64,000 bases of DNA from Thermoproteota archaeon (lineage in GTDB: Archaea; Thermoproteota; EX4484-205; JAAOZP01), in assembly GCA_038861395.1 (NCBI GenBank), contig JAWCDE010000001.1, positions 9,144 through 73,143 of the forward strand, written 5' to 3'. The notes beneath the pieces are model-generated. The model did no database searches. It saw only the letters and a program-made list of their open reading frames with translations, and was not told the DNA's origin. This document shows, piece by piece, positions 42,168 through 52,133 of the stretch. The position numbers were made by a program, and so were the translations under genes. Numbering within the stretch: the first letter of the stretch is position 1; each line of letters opens with the position of its first letter.

Positions 42168-44639
42168 TCACATGAAGTCTTTAAGCTTTAGGCTCTTCCT
42201 AGGGGGCTCTATCTCTATACCCAAGGGGTCAAGAACCTGTTCGAAAGTGGCTTTCATGACTTCCAGATACTTATCCAAGTCTATCTCTTCTATCCGAGCT
42301 AGTTTAACAGGCTTAACACCATTCTTAACCTTAACGTAAGATATTATGTCGCCAGCCCTAGCCCTAATCCCTAATTCTCTCTCAAGCTGTTTCGCTGCTT
42401 TAACGTGCTGCGGCGTGCTCTTCTCGTAATCGTTTAAAGGCTTGCTTAACATTACGTCGAAAGCAAGCTCCTCCAGGCTAAGTTGCCGGTTAACAAGCTT
42501 CTCAACATACTCGTTTATCATATTCTTTATGCTGGCAACAGCCGTGTTAAACTCCTCTTCGTTTCTAACCTTGCTGAGCACGTTAATCATATCGTGAAAA
42601 GCCTGTTTCACGAACTTTGGTGTTGAACTTTTTTTCCCAACAAGACCCTTTATATCTACGTTACCGTCTTCAGTAACTCCCAAGTAATTCTTCTTACGCT
42701 GGCTGAAAACCCCGTACCTGTAAACCTTGTCGATGTTAAGCTCAATATTATACTTGTTCCTCACGAACTCGATGAGCTTTTCAACCTCCTCAGGCTTAGG
42801 GTCTCTCAGGAATATAGAATCAGTATCTCCGTAGACAACCTCTATGCCAAGGTTATTTGCAGTTTCAACAAGCTCGGTGAAGATTCCCCTCCCTATCCAG
42901 GTTACTGTCTCAGCTGCTGAAGGAGCGTAGAAATGAAAAGTGTCTGCTCCCATGACTCCGTAACTAGCGTTTATGAAAACCTTTATCGCCCTCTGTACAA
43001 CGTCGTAGAAAGCACGCTTCTCCGCGGTTTCAGCTTTCTTGGAAAGAGGCTGGTAGTATTTCACACGGAGTTCTCTCAAGGCACCTATTATAGAGCTCTC
43101 TATCCCTCTTCTCTTCACGCATATCCAGTGCGGAGAATTCATTGGAGTATTGCTTTTACACTCCTCGTGTTTGCATCTAACAGTCTCATAGCTTATGTTG
43201 AAATTCATTATTATGCTTGGGTATAGGGATGCGAAGTCCAGTATTACGAGGTTAAAGTATAGCCCTGGCTTCGGCTCAAGCACTATTGCCCCCCTATACT
43301 TCTTGCCCTTTATGATTGCCTCAGACTTCTTCTCGCTCTTAAGCTGTAAAATATCCTCCTGCCTCGGTATCAGGTAATTGTTTTTTCTATGTAAACTTAA
43401 GAGCATGCTTTTAATCCACGTGGAGACACCATGCCTAACAACATCCTCCATAGGCAGCCTGCTTATCCTCATGAAGAGTATGAGGAGCTTGAGTAGAAGA
43501 TAGTCCCTATTAGCTATCAAGTCGAAGGTTATCTCAGCGTCTCTGAAACAGTATTCGGCAAGCTCCCTCGGCTTCAGCATCCAGATTTCTTCAGTAAGAG
43601 CTACTTTCCCCTTGCCGAGCAAAGCCCTGCCGATAGCATCTAGAGTTACCTCCTTGTAGGCTCCTCCGTAAGCATAGTTTTGTATCGACTTGTTGAAGAA
43701 AACCCTGTAAAGATCTATGTGAACCCCCTCGGTAAGGTCAACGTAGTCCTTGCCTTTTTCTAGCGGGGTCTCCTCATCTAACGATAGCTTGCTAGCCCTA
43801 TTATACAGATAGAGAAGGTCGAATTTGTCACCGTTAAAAGTCACTATGAACGGGTATTTCCTTATCTCCTTGAACACCTCTTTCAAGAGCTTCTCTTCAC
43901 GTGAAACATGGATTATTTTCTTAACCCCATCGTATTCCTCCCCGTCGAAATCGTCAAGAACATAAACCTTGTTTTCTTCCGTGTTGGATTTGAAGGCGAC
44001 GGAAATTATCGGGTCCTCTGCCTTACTAGCATCAGGAACATGATTGGGTCCAGGAGGTTTTACTTCTATGTCGAGTGAGGAAAGCTTCATGAATGGTATC
44101 GGCTGATTCAGTATCTCGATGAGCTCTCTTATCTCCGGGTATTCGGATTCCGGTGGCTTGACGGCTTCTTCAAGTACTGTTTCCAAACGTCTTTCAACAA
44201 GCCTTCCATCTACTACATCGTAATAGAGACCAAGCTTCTTGTCAGTATCGTATATGTAGCACCAGGTGTAGTGAATATCTGCTTCCCAAGCTCTCCCCAA
44301 TATCTCCCTTATGGAGGTTGCAGTTCCTCCTATCGACAGAGGGTCTTTTGCAACAATTTTCCTGAAAAACCTCTCTTCATCTTCAAGCAGGTCGTACTTC
44401 TTAACTTCCTCAATCCTATCAAAGCCATGATGATTTATTAACTGCTGGTTGCTCATCAATTCTTCCATGCTTAAATCGGTTAACAAATACGGCTGATGAT
44501 CCTCGCTAGATGGAATAATCACCATCTCCTGCTTCTCCGGATCGTATAGTTTAAGCAAAACCCTTCTATTGTCTCCGTCGTAGGAGGCAGAGACTAGTAT
44601 CAGCCCCTTCCTTTCTTCCATTTCTCTTTTCTTACTCAA
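42168..44639 (-). CDS. polB: Family B DNA polymerase
   Basis: 823 aa; exonuclease domain; LDFASLYPSIIM (motif A) and VVYGDTDSIFL (motif C). Confidence 0.85.
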   Translation of the reverse strand: MSKKREMEERKGLILVSASYDGDNRRVLLKLYDPEKQEMVIIPSSEDHQPYLLTDLSMEELMSNQQLINHHGFDRIEEVKKYDLLEDEERFFRKIVAKDPLSIGGTATSIREILGRAWEADIHYTWCYIYDTDKKLGLYYDVVDGRLVERRLETVLEEAVKPPESEYPEIRELIEILNQPIPFMKLSSLDIEVKPPGPNHVPDASKAEDPIISVAFKSNTEENKVYVLDDFDGEEYDGVKKIIHVSREEKLLKEVFKEIRKYPFIVTFNGDKFDLLYLYNRASKLSLDEETPLEKGKDYVDLTEGVHIDLYRVFFNKSIQNYAYGGAYKEVTLDAIGRALLGKGKVALTEEIWMLKPRELAEYCFRDAEITFDLIANRDYLLLKLLILFMRISRLPMEDVVRHGVSTWIKSMLLSLHRKNNYLIPRQEDILQLKSEKKSEAIIKGKKYRGAIVLEPKPGLYFNLVILDFASLYPSIIMNFNISYETVRCKHEECKSNTPMNSPHWICVKRRGIESSIIGALRELRVKYYQPLSKKAETAEKRAFYDVVQRAIKVFINASYGVMGADTFHFYAPSAAETVTWIGRGIFTELVETANNLGIEVVYGDTDSIFLRDPKPEEVEKLIEFVRNKYNIELNIDKVYRYGVFSQRKKNYLGVTEDGNVDIKGLVGKKSSTPKFVKQAFHDMINVLSKVRNEEEFNTAVASIKNMINEYVEKLVNRQLSLEELAFDVMLSKPLNDYEKSTPQHVKAAKQLERELGIRARAGDIISYVKVKNGVKPVKLARIEEIDLDKYLEVMKATFEQVLDPLGIEIEPPRKSLKLKDFM

Positions 44640-44703
44640 CGTGGATTCTCATTCTCACTATATAGGTTTATCTCCTTGAGTTAGGAGCAAATAATATAGG
44701 ACT

Positions 44704-45042
44704 ATGCCAGTAAAAGAGTATAAGACAAGATATGTGGTGTTTAAGGTTAAGAACCGTGAAGATTTGATCAAGACGCTTAAAGATGCTCACAGCATCCAAC
44801 CGAGCTTCCGTTTTAAAATAGTCCGCGAGTATAGCGGGATTATCGTCGTAAAGTGCCCGCATAAAGCTGTTCCGCTTCTAAGAGAAATAGTAAACGGCCT
44901 CGTTAAAAACCTTCCTGCCTCAGGGTTGAGAATAATAGGTGTCTCCGGCACTCTGAGAAAGGCTGTTCGCAAATTCTGTATTACGAGGATTTCGAGAGCA
45001 AAGATTATAAGGCTTGAGGATAATAGCTTGAGAGAGTCATGA
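44704..45042 (+). CDS. RNase P protein subunit Pop5 (Rnp2)
   Basis: 112 aa; KTRYVVFKV... pattern and position at the head of the exosome superoperon. Confidence 0.5.
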   Translation: MPVKEYKTRYVVFKVKNREDLIKTLKDAHSIQPSFRFKIVREYSGIIVVKCPHKAVPLLREIVNGLVKNLPASGLRIIGVSGTLRKAVRKFCITRISRAKIIRLEDNSLRES

Positions 45043-45743
45043 TACCCGGTTACGAGCGGATGTACGGTTTCTCTCCCGACGGGAGAATACTCCAAGTAGA
45101 CTACGCCATGGTTATGGTTAACAATAGTCCTACGGCGTGGGGTATTCAGGTCGAGGAAGGCATTGTGCTTGCAGGCATAGAGAAGAGGATAGACATGCTT
45201 CAGGACAGGACTTTCAGCCAGAAACTCTTTCAGATAGATGAGCACATAGCAACTGTCGTTGCAGGCTTTAACTCGGATGCTAGGCTTCTTGTAGAGTATG
45301 CTAGGAATGAGGCACAGATAAACAGGCTCTTGTACGATGAGCCCATGGATGTGGAGTATCTTGTGAGGAAGCTGAGCAATACTGTTCAAGCATATACTCA
45401 GCACGCGGGTATGAGACCCTTCGGTATTTCTATGCTTATAGGCGGTGTCGACATGCTTGGCGCTAGCCTCTACCAATTAGACCCTACTGGCATATACTTC
45501 AAGTATTTTGCATCGGCAATCGGCATTGGGAGAGAGGACATACTCAAATACTTTAGGAACAACTACTCGATAAGCACAAGCCTGGACGAGGCTATAACAA
45601 TGGGGATCAGGGGCAGTATCGAGGTTTTGAAGGATGAAGTGGCTCCGGATAGGCTTAGGATTGGAATAATCAGGACGGACGACAAGAAGTTTAGGGTCCT
45701 AAGCTATGATGAAGTGAAGAAGTATTACGAGGAAGCGAAGTAG
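45039..45743 (+). CDS. psmA: Proteasome alpha subunit
   Basis: 234 aa; YGFSPDGRILQVDYA alpha-subunit N-terminal signature. Confidence 0.8.
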   Translation: MIPGYERMYGFSPDGRILQVDYAMVMVNNSPTAWGIQVEEGIVLAGIEKRIDMLQDRTFSQKLFQIDEHIATVVAGFNSDARLLVEYARNEAQINRLLYDEPMDVEYLVRKLSNTVQAYTQHAGMRPFGISMLIGGVDMLGASLYQLDPTGIYFKYFASAIGIGREDILKYFRNNYSISTSLDEAITMGIRGSIEVLKDEVAPDRLRIGIIRTDDKKFRVLSYDEVKKYYEEAK

Positions 45744-45750
45744 ATGAGAA

Positions 45751-46440
45751 TTGAGCAGGCCTTCTACTATAAGCAGGCTTTCACTAAAGGGTGAAAAGTT
45801 TGAGATAATTGTTGCTCCCGACCCCGCGTTAAACTTCAAGCTTACTGGTAAAGGGGACATAAGGAAGATCCTTTTGGTAGACGAGGTCTATTCAGACTCT
45901 AAGAAGGGGCTGAGAGTGTCTTCGGAGAAGCTGAGGAAATTCTTCGGGACGACTGATGTTTTCAAGGTAGCTGAGAAAATCCTCCTCGAGGGCGAGCTCC
46001 AGCTTACAAGCGAGCAGAGGCGTAGGATGATTGAAAGCAAGAGGCAGCAGATAATAGCAATGCTCTCCAAGATTCTTATAGATCCTTCTCTCGGGAATCC
46101 GATTCCCTCGCTTAGGATTGAGCAGGCTCTTAACCAGGTTGGTGTCTCGATAGACCCTCTCAAACCCTCGGAGGAGCAGGTTAAGAACGTTGTTAAAGCC
46201 CTGAGGCAAATACTCCAGTTTAAGGTTAACGAGGTTTCTCTGACAATAACCTGCCAACAGGAGGAATCTACTGACGTATACGGTTTCGTAAACTCCTTCG
46301 GCGAAGTTGACCAAACGAAGACTCAGAAGGATAAGAGTGTGAAACTACTGGCCAGAATACCGGCTGTCCTAACGTCATATTTCCTTGAAAAACTGAATAG
46401 TAAATACGGGGACCGAGTAAAAGTTGATATAGGGGCGTGA
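45751..46440 (+). CDS. SBDS/Sdo1 ribosome maturation protein
   Basis: 229 aa; LKGEKFEIIVAPDPALNFK FYSH-domain N-terminus. Confidence 0.7.
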   Translation: MSRPSTISRLSLKGEKFEIIVAPDPALNFKLTGKGDIRKILLVDEVYSDSKKGLRVSSEKLRKFFGTTDVFKVAEKILLEGELQLTSEQRRRMIESKRQQIIAMLSKILIDPSLGNPIPSLRIEQALNQVGVSIDPLKPSEEQVKNVVKALRQILQFKVNEVSLTITCQQEESTDVYGFVNSFGEVDQTKTQKDKSVKLLARIPAVLTSYFLEKLNSKYGDRVKVDIGA

Positions 46441-46479
46441 GGGCAGGCTTAAACCGCTTAGGGTGCTGTTTAAGGAGGA

Positions 46480-47184
46480 TTGAAATTGTCCCAAGGTAAT
46501 GAGCAGCAGAGGCAGAGACCTATAGTTGTTCCCGGGGAGCCCGTGGGGGATAGTAAATTCTACATCCCGGGTATGAATACGCTGAAAATCTCAGACAGGT
46601 TTTTCGCAACCACTGTTGGGATAATCAGGGTAGATGGCAAACGTTTAGACGTTATATCGTTAAAATCCTTCTACCAGCCTAGGGTAGGGGACCTTGTAAT
46701 CGGGATTGTTAAGGAGCCTAGTGTAGCAGGCTGGACCGTGGATATAAACTCTCCTTTCCTAGCCTTTCTCCCCCTATCGGAGTATCCTGAGAAAAGGATC
46801 CGTTTGTCAAGGGATAATATCGGCAAGATTCTGGAGAGTGGGGCAGTTATAACAGGAGTCATAAAGGATGCGTCAATATTCTCCTCTCCAGTGATAACTT
46901 TGAAGGGTAAGGGGCTTGGAGTTGTCTCAAGCGGTACCCTGCTGAACATAACTGCGTCTAAAGTACCCCGCCTAATAGGTAAGAAGGGCTCTATGCTGTC
47001 TGTTATAGAGCGGGCAACCGGGGTTAGGCTTACAGTAGGCCAGAATGGCCGTATAATAGTGCACTCTGAAGACAGTAATATTATTGCTAAGATTAGGAAT
47101 GTGATAGAAATGGTTGAAAGAGAATCGCATATATACGGGCTGACGGAGAGGGTTGAGGCATTGCTATTAGGAAGGAAGTCGTAG
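46480..47184 (+). CDS. rrp4: Exosome cap subunit Rrp4 (S1 + KH)
   Basis: 234 aa; S1 domain PRVGDLVIGIV..., KH GxxG (IGKKGSM). Confidence 0.8.
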   Translation: MKLSQGNEQQRQRPIVVPGEPVGDSKFYIPGMNTLKISDRFFATTVGIIRVDGKRLDVISLKSFYQPRVGDLVIGIVKEPSVAGWTVDINSPFLAFLPLSEYPEKRIRLSRDNIGKILESGAVITGVIKDASIFSSPVITLKGKGLGVVSSGTLLNITASKVPRLIGKKGSMLSVIERATGVRLTVGQNGRIIVHSEDSNIIAKIRNVIEMVERESHIYGLTERVEALLLGRKS

Positions 47185-47188
47185 AAGC

Positions 47189-47917
47189 ATGGGGGAAAAG
47201 ATAAGCCTGTTTAAGGAAGACGGTAGGAGGACAGACGGCAGGGATTTAGATGAGCTTAGGCCGATTAAGATTAAGGTAGGCGTATTATCCAATGCTCAAG
47301 GCTCTGCTTACATTGAGCAGGGTAAGAACAAGATACTCGCAGCAGTTTACGGACCTAAGGAAGCGCTTCCTAAGCATATTTCACTGCCTGACAGGTGTAT
47401 TCTAAGATGCAGGTATCATATGGCTCCTTTCTCAACACCCGAGAGGAAAAGCCCTGCCCCGAGCAGGAGGGAAATAGAGTTATCGATGATTATTAGAAAT
47501 GCTCTTGAGCCGCTTGTCATGACTTATCTCTTCCCCAGGACTGTGATAGACATTTTCATAGAGGTTCTGCAGGCTGACGGTGGTACTCGTTGTGCTGGGT
47601 TGACGGCAGCAGTCCTAGCGCTCGCGGACGCTGGCATCCCCTTGAAAGGGTTGACTGCAGCCTGTGCGGTGGGAAAGGCTGAGGGCAAGGTAATAGTGGA
47701 TCTTAATGATCTCGAGGATAAGTACGGTGAGGCTGATATGCCCATAGCTTACAATCCGACTCTAGACGGGATCACGTTGCTCCAGATGGATGGTATAATG
47801 TCGAAGGAGGAGATTGAGCAAGCACTATCCTTAGCTATAACTGCTACTCAAAAAATTCACAAGATGCAGGTTGACGCGTTAAAAGAAAGGTTTTCGTTTT
47901 CACGGAGGGAGGTTTAA
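47189..47917 (+). CDS. rrp41: Exosome RNase PH subunit Rrp41
   Basis: 242 aa; RTDGRDLDELRPIKIKVGVLSNAQGSAYIEQG. Confidence 0.85.
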   Translation: MGEKISLFKEDGRRTDGRDLDELRPIKIKVGVLSNAQGSAYIEQGKNKILAAVYGPKEALPKHISLPDRCILRCRYHMAPFSTPERKSPAPSRREIELSMIIRNALEPLVMTYLFPRTVIDIFIEVLQADGGTRCAGLTAAVLALADAGIPLKGLTAACAVGKAEGKVIVDLNDLEDKYGEADMPIAYNPTLDGITLLQMDGIMSKEEIEQALSLAITATQKIHKMQVDALKERFSFSRREV

Positions 47918-48741
47918 TGTCGATAACTGAGCAGAGGCCGATCATCTCTAAGCTTGAGAAACAGGAGCTTTACCGCTTCCTGGCCGAGGGGAGGAGGATT
48001 GATGGCCGGAGTCTCCTCCAATACAGGAATCTAAGTGTGCAGCTCGGGTATATTGAGAAAGCAGAGGGCTCGGCGCTTGTGGAGCTTGGCAATACTAAGG
48101 TTCTGGCTGCTGTTAAAGTTGGCGTAGCACTGCCTTTTGCAGACACTCCTAACGAGGGTATTTTAATCGTGAACGCTGAACTTGTTCCCCTGGCCTCTCC
48201 CGTCTTTGAACCAGGTCCTCCATCAGAAGAGTCTATTTCTTTAGCACGGTATGTTGATAGAAGCATTAGGGAGTCTAAGACTGTTGACCTCTCTTCATTA
48301 TGCATAGTTCCAGGCAGGTCTGTTTATTCGCTTTACATCGACCTCTATATTCTTGATTATGATGGTAATCTGATAGATGCTTCAGTAATAGCAAGCGTAA
48401 ACGCTCTCAGCACTACGATGCTTCCGAAGTATAGTTTAGAAGGGCAAAACATTAAAAAGCTCGATGAATACTTTAAGCTTGAACTCAAGGATTACCCGGT
48501 CTCATTGACATATGCGTTTTTCGGCGATAAGTATGTTGTAGATCCCTGTCTGAACGAGGAATATGCCTCTGACTTCACCGTCTCGATGACGGTTAAGTCC
48601 GATGACAGGTTCTGTGCAATACAGAAGAACGGCGGGGGAATGCTTTCTCCTAGGAGCTTTTTAGACCTCTTGGAAAAATCTATAACGCTGGGAAAAGAGT
48701 TAAGAAGAGTCGCATACAGCCAGATCGTTAAAAATGACTAA
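47917..48741 (+). CDS. rrp42: Exosome RNase PH subunit Rrp42
   Basis: 274 aa; RIDGRSLLQYRNLSVQLG... Confidence 0.8.
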   Translation: MSITEQRPIISKLEKQELYRFLAEGRRIDGRSLLQYRNLSVQLGYIEKAEGSALVELGNTKVLAAVKVGVALPFADTPNEGILIVNAELVPLASPVFEPGPPSEESISLARYVDRSIRESKTVDLSSLCIVPGRSVYSLYIDLYILDYDGNLIDASVIASVNALSTTMLPKYSLEGQNIKKLDEYFKLELKDYPVSLTYAFFGDKYVVDPCLNEEYASDFTVSMTVKSDDRFCAIQKNGGGMLSPRSFLDLLEKSITLGKELRRVAYSQIVKND

Positions 48742-48994
48742 GAGGAGAAAGGAATCCGGAGCCTTAGGCGTGAAATACGGTTTCTCCCTTAGGGAGAGAT
48801 ACGTGCAGGTTTTAAAGAGGAGGAGGGCAGTTTACAACTGCCCTAGGTGTGGCACAGGTGTTCTTAAGAGGCTTAGCGTGGGTGTTTGGAGCTGTAGGAA
48901 ATGCGAATACACTTTTGCCGGGGGGGCATACGAGCCCTTTACTAAAATGGGCGAGGCTGCTGCAAGAGCTGTAGGCGTTAGGACCACGCTCTAG
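48734..48994 (+). CDS. rpl37ae: Ribosomal protein L37Ae
   Basis: 86 aa; CPRCGTGVLKRLSVGVWSCRKCEYTFAGGAY zinc ribbon. Confidence 0.85.
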   Translation: MTKRRKESGALGVKYGFSLRERYVQVLKRRRAVYNCPRCGTGVLKRLSVGVWSCRKCEYTFAGGAYEPFTKMGEAAARAVGVRTTL

Positions 48995-49234
48995 ATGATA
49001 AAGGTTAAACTGATTTTGAAGTACGAGGATAAATGGATGCCCCATGCAATCTACAGGGCTTGCCTTCAAGAAGTGGTTTCAGAACCTAGGAGCGGAGTTA
49101 ATGCGAAGGCTGTCGACAATAAATTACTACTCCTCTTCAAAGGAAACAAACCTTCTAAAGTGGCTGAAAGGCTTAGGAATATTTTGGGTCTGATTAACTT
49201 GATGGAATGTTCCATAGCTCTCCTCGAGGCCTAA
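48995..49234 (+). CDS. Small conserved protein, probable KEOPS subunit Pcc1-like
   Basis: 79 aa; position between L37Ae and prefoldin beta in the superoperon; beta-alpha pattern AIYRACLQEV...LLLLFKG...AERLRNILGLINL. Confidence 0.4.
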   Translation: MIKVKLILKYEDKWMPHAIYRACLQEVVSEPRSGVNAKAVDNKLLLLFKGNKPSKVAERLRNILGLINLMECSIALLEA

Positions 49235-49292
49235 CCTCATTATGCTGGAAGCATATGTTTTTAAGCACCCTAAGTTATAGGATTTAGGAGCA

Positions 49293-49658
49293 ATGTCTCA
49301 GGAATTGCCCCTTCAACTGCAGGAGAAACTGTCTAGGCTTCAACAGCTTCAACAAACCCTAGAATCCCTCTACATCCAGAAGGAGCAGGCTAAGCTGGAG
49401 GCCAGGGAGTTAGAATCCGCTTTTCAAGAATTGTCTTCTATTGATGAAAACACTCCGGTTTACAGGATAACCGGTAGGATTCTTATTCGGAAGAGCAAGG
49501 CAGACTTAATAAACGAGTTGAACGAGCAAAGGGAGCTTATTAAAGTCAGGATAAGCGCGATCGAAAGGCAAGAGAGCAAGGTTAGGGAAAGGGTTAGTGA
49601 GCTTGAAAACGAGTTAAAGGCAGCTCTTTCGACCAGCAGGAGTGATCTTCCTGCTTAA
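49293..49658 (+). CDS. pfdB: Prefoldin beta subunit
   Basis: 121 aa; coiled-coil–hairpin–coiled-coil (PVYRITGRILIRK hairpin). Confidence 0.75.
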   Translation: MSQELPLQLQEKLSRLQQLQQTLESLYIQKEQAKLEARELESAFQELSSIDENTPVYRITGRILIRKSKADLINELNEQRELIKVRISAIERQESKVRERVSELENELKAALSTSRSDLPA

Positions 49659-49724
49659 GAAATAAATGGTATGCTGATCTAAAGACTTTTTAAATCATTC
49701 CCTGATTCTGAGACAAAACTAGGG

Positions 49725-50591
49725 ATGAACGTAGTAGATCTGAGAAGTGTGAGCTTCCGGTACGCGGGCTCTGATAGAAACGTTTTGTCAGATATTAATC
49801 TTAAGATTGAGGAGGGGGAGAGTGTATTAATAACAGGCCCCTCGGGTTGCGGGAAGTCTACGATAGCCAGAGTCATCATGGGGTTAATACCGCATAGTTA
49901 TCCCGGAGATTTCAGTGGCGAGGCATATGTCTTAGGCATGAACATTCTGGAGAATCCAGTGAGTAGAATTGCAACGAGCTGTGGAATCGTGTTTCAAAAC
50001 CCTGAGAATCAACTTTTCACTTTCAGCGTGGAGGATGATGTCGCATTCGGGCCTGAAAACCTTGCTCTCCCCCCTTACGAGATTTGCAGGAGGGTTGACG
50101 AATCTCTTAGACTTGTTGGAATAGAGCATCTCAGACATGCTTCTCCAAACAGTATTTCAGGTGGGGAACAACAGAAGGCAGCCATCGCATCCATAATCTC
50201 TATGTACCCGTCCCTGATAATTTTTGACGAGCCCACTTCCATGCTAGACCCTTCATCGTCAGCCAGCCTGATTCAAAGCATCTTCAGGCTTAAGGAGAGT
50301 CTTAGAGAGATGGGGAAGGAAATAACTCTGATAATTATAGAGCATAGGATTAATCTCCTTATTAATCATATCTCAAGGATGATTGTTGTATCGGATGGTA
50401 AAATAGTTCTCGATGGAGACCCCATGATGGTTCTCAATGAGAGCTTTGAAAGAGGGATTCCGATAAACATCCCCCCACTTCTCCGAATATATTTCAGGAT
50501 TAAGGATAGGTGCGGCTTAGAGAAGCCTCCGAGAAGCCTCAAAGAGCTTCTCTCTTATTTAAGGGAAGGCGGGTGGGGAAGAAATGGTTGA
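49725..50591 (+). CDS. ECF transporter ATPase component (EcfA-like ABC ATPase)
   Basis: Walker A GPSGCGKST, signature SGGEQQK, Walker B IIFDEPTS. Confidence 0.75.
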   Translation: MNVVDLRSVSFRYAGSDRNVLSDINLKIEEGESVLITGPSGCGKSTIARVIMGLIPHSYPGDFSGEAYVLGMNILENPVSRIATSCGIVFQNPENQLFTFSVEDDVAFGPENLALPPYEICRRVDESLRLVGIEHLRHASPNSISGGEQQKAAIASIISMYPSLIIFDEPTSMLDPSSSASLIQSIFRLKESLREMGKEITLIIIEHRINLLINHISRMIVVSDGKIVLDGDPMMVLNESFERGIPINIPPLLRIYFRIKDRCGLEKPPRSLKELLSYLREGGWGRNG

Positions 50592-51408
50592 AATAGTTGT
50601 CGAGAATCTCTTCTTCAAATATCCGGAGGCTGAGAACTATGTTTTGAAAAACATTAATCTCATCATTAAGGAGGGTGAGAGTATTGCAATATTGGGTGAA
50701 AACGGCGCCGGCAAGACCACGCTGGCTAAAAACCTTAACGGCTTGCTTAAGCCAACCCAGGGAAGCGTTAAGATCGACGGCGTGGATACAAGAAGTCTCT
50801 CAGTTGCGAAGATAGCTAGGAAAATAGGTTTCGTATGCCACAACCCTGACCACCAGTTTTTCGCAGAAACAGTTGAAGAAGAGATCAGATTTGGATTAAG
50901 GAACTTCGGCTTCCCTGAGAATGAGGCTGAGAGAAGCATCCGGGAGGTTTTGAAAACATTCGGATTAGAGGATTATAGGTTTAGAAACCCTTTTCAACTG
51001 AGCGGTGGAGAGAAGAAAAGACTAGCCATAGCTTCAATAATGGTTTGGAATCCGGAGTTATTAATCTTAGACGAGCCGACGATAGGCATGGACTATGCTC
51101 AGAGACTGAATATTCAAAGAGTTCTCAAAAACCTGGTTTCAGAAGGCAGAAGTATAATTGTAATAACTCATGATGTTGATTTTGCTGTAAGCCTATGCGA
51201 AAGAGCGATAATCCTAAGCAAGGGTGAAGTAATTGGAGACGGATGCTTACGTAAGCTTCTTTCAGACAGCGAAGTTATTGAAAAAGCCTCCTTGAGAAAA
51301 CCTTTCTTAATCGAGCTTGAAGAAGAGCTTGGTTTCTCGATTATGGAAGAGGATTTCGATGAGATATGTGATTTTCTGACAAGGGTGTTCCCTAAATGTC
51401 ATTCTTAA
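50584..51408 (+). CDS. ECF transporter ATPase component 2 (EcfA'-like)
   Basis: GENGAGKTT, LSGGEKKRL, LILDEPT. Confidence 0.75.
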   Translation: MVEIVVENLFFKYPEAENYVLKNINLIIKEGESIAILGENGAGKTTLAKNLNGLLKPTQGSVKIDGVDTRSLSVAKIARKIGFVCHNPDHQFFAETVEEEIRFGLRNFGFPENEAERSIREVLKTFGLEDYRFRNPFQLSGGEKKRLAIASIMVWNPELLILDEPTIGMDYAQRLNIQRVLKNLVSEGRSIIVITHDVDFAVSLCERAIILSKGEVIGDGCLRKLLSDSEVIEKASLRKPFLIELEEELGFSIMEEDFDEICDFLTRVFPKCHS

Positions 51409-52130
51409 GAGCATTCAAATACAAGAGGAAAGATTCTTTAATGCATAGGCTGGATCCTAGGTCCAAGTTTCTCCTCTCAATAATGTTAATGTCTTTTTCA
51501 ATAGTTTTTCTTAATGCACACGTACTCCTCGCAATATTGATTTTCCAAATAGTCCTATTAGGTTTGTCGAAGACTCTTAGAGAATGGGTTTATTCGTTAA
51601 GGGGATTGATCTTCTTTTTTGCAATAATATTCATTACACAAATACTTTTCAGCGGGAGCCTTTTTACAGGATTCATACTCTCCTTAAGGCTTATAGTATT
51701 ATCGTCGTCAATGTCTTGGTTTTTCCTCTCCTCTACTCCCGAGGATATTGGTAGAGCGATGAGTGCTGCACGAATCCCCCTGGAGTTAACTTTCTCCTTC
51801 ATAATGGCTATCCGTTTTATACCCGTTATCTACGATGAGTTTCAATCCATATACGATGCGCAGCGTTCACGTGGGCTGGAGCTTGAAAAAGGCGGTTTCA
51901 GGACGAAAATAAGAAATCTCATGCCAATTCTCATCCCCCTGCTCGTCGGAACTATAAGGAGGACTTACGAGATTGCAGACGCGATGGAAGTTAAGGCCTT
52001 CGGAGCCTCGCCGAAAAGAACAAGCTACAAGCCTTTGAAGTTTAGAAGAGGAGACTATTTTCTTTGCTTAGTTTCAGCAATACTGGCTCTAATCATTGTT
52101 TATCTTAAGTTGTTCTTAGGGTTAGAATAG
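51396..52130 (+). CDS. ECF transporter transmembrane component EcfT (CbiQ family)
   Basis: 244 aa; multi-TM; AMSARIPLELTFSFIMAIRFIPVIYDEFQSIYDAQRSRG coupling-helix region. Confidence 0.7.
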   Translation: MSFLRAFKYKRKDSLMHRLDPRSKFLLSIMLMSFSIVFLNAHVLLAILIFQIVLLGLSKTLREWVYSLRGLIFFFAIIFITQILFSGSLFTGFILSLRLIVLSSSMSWFFLSSTPEDIGRAMSAARIPLELTFSFIMAIRFIPVIYDEFQSIYDAQRSRGLELEKGGFRTKIRNLMPILIPLLVGTIRRTYEIADAMEVKAFGASPKRTSYKPLKFRRGDYFLCLVSAILALIIVYLKLFLGLE

Positions 52131-52133
52131 ATC

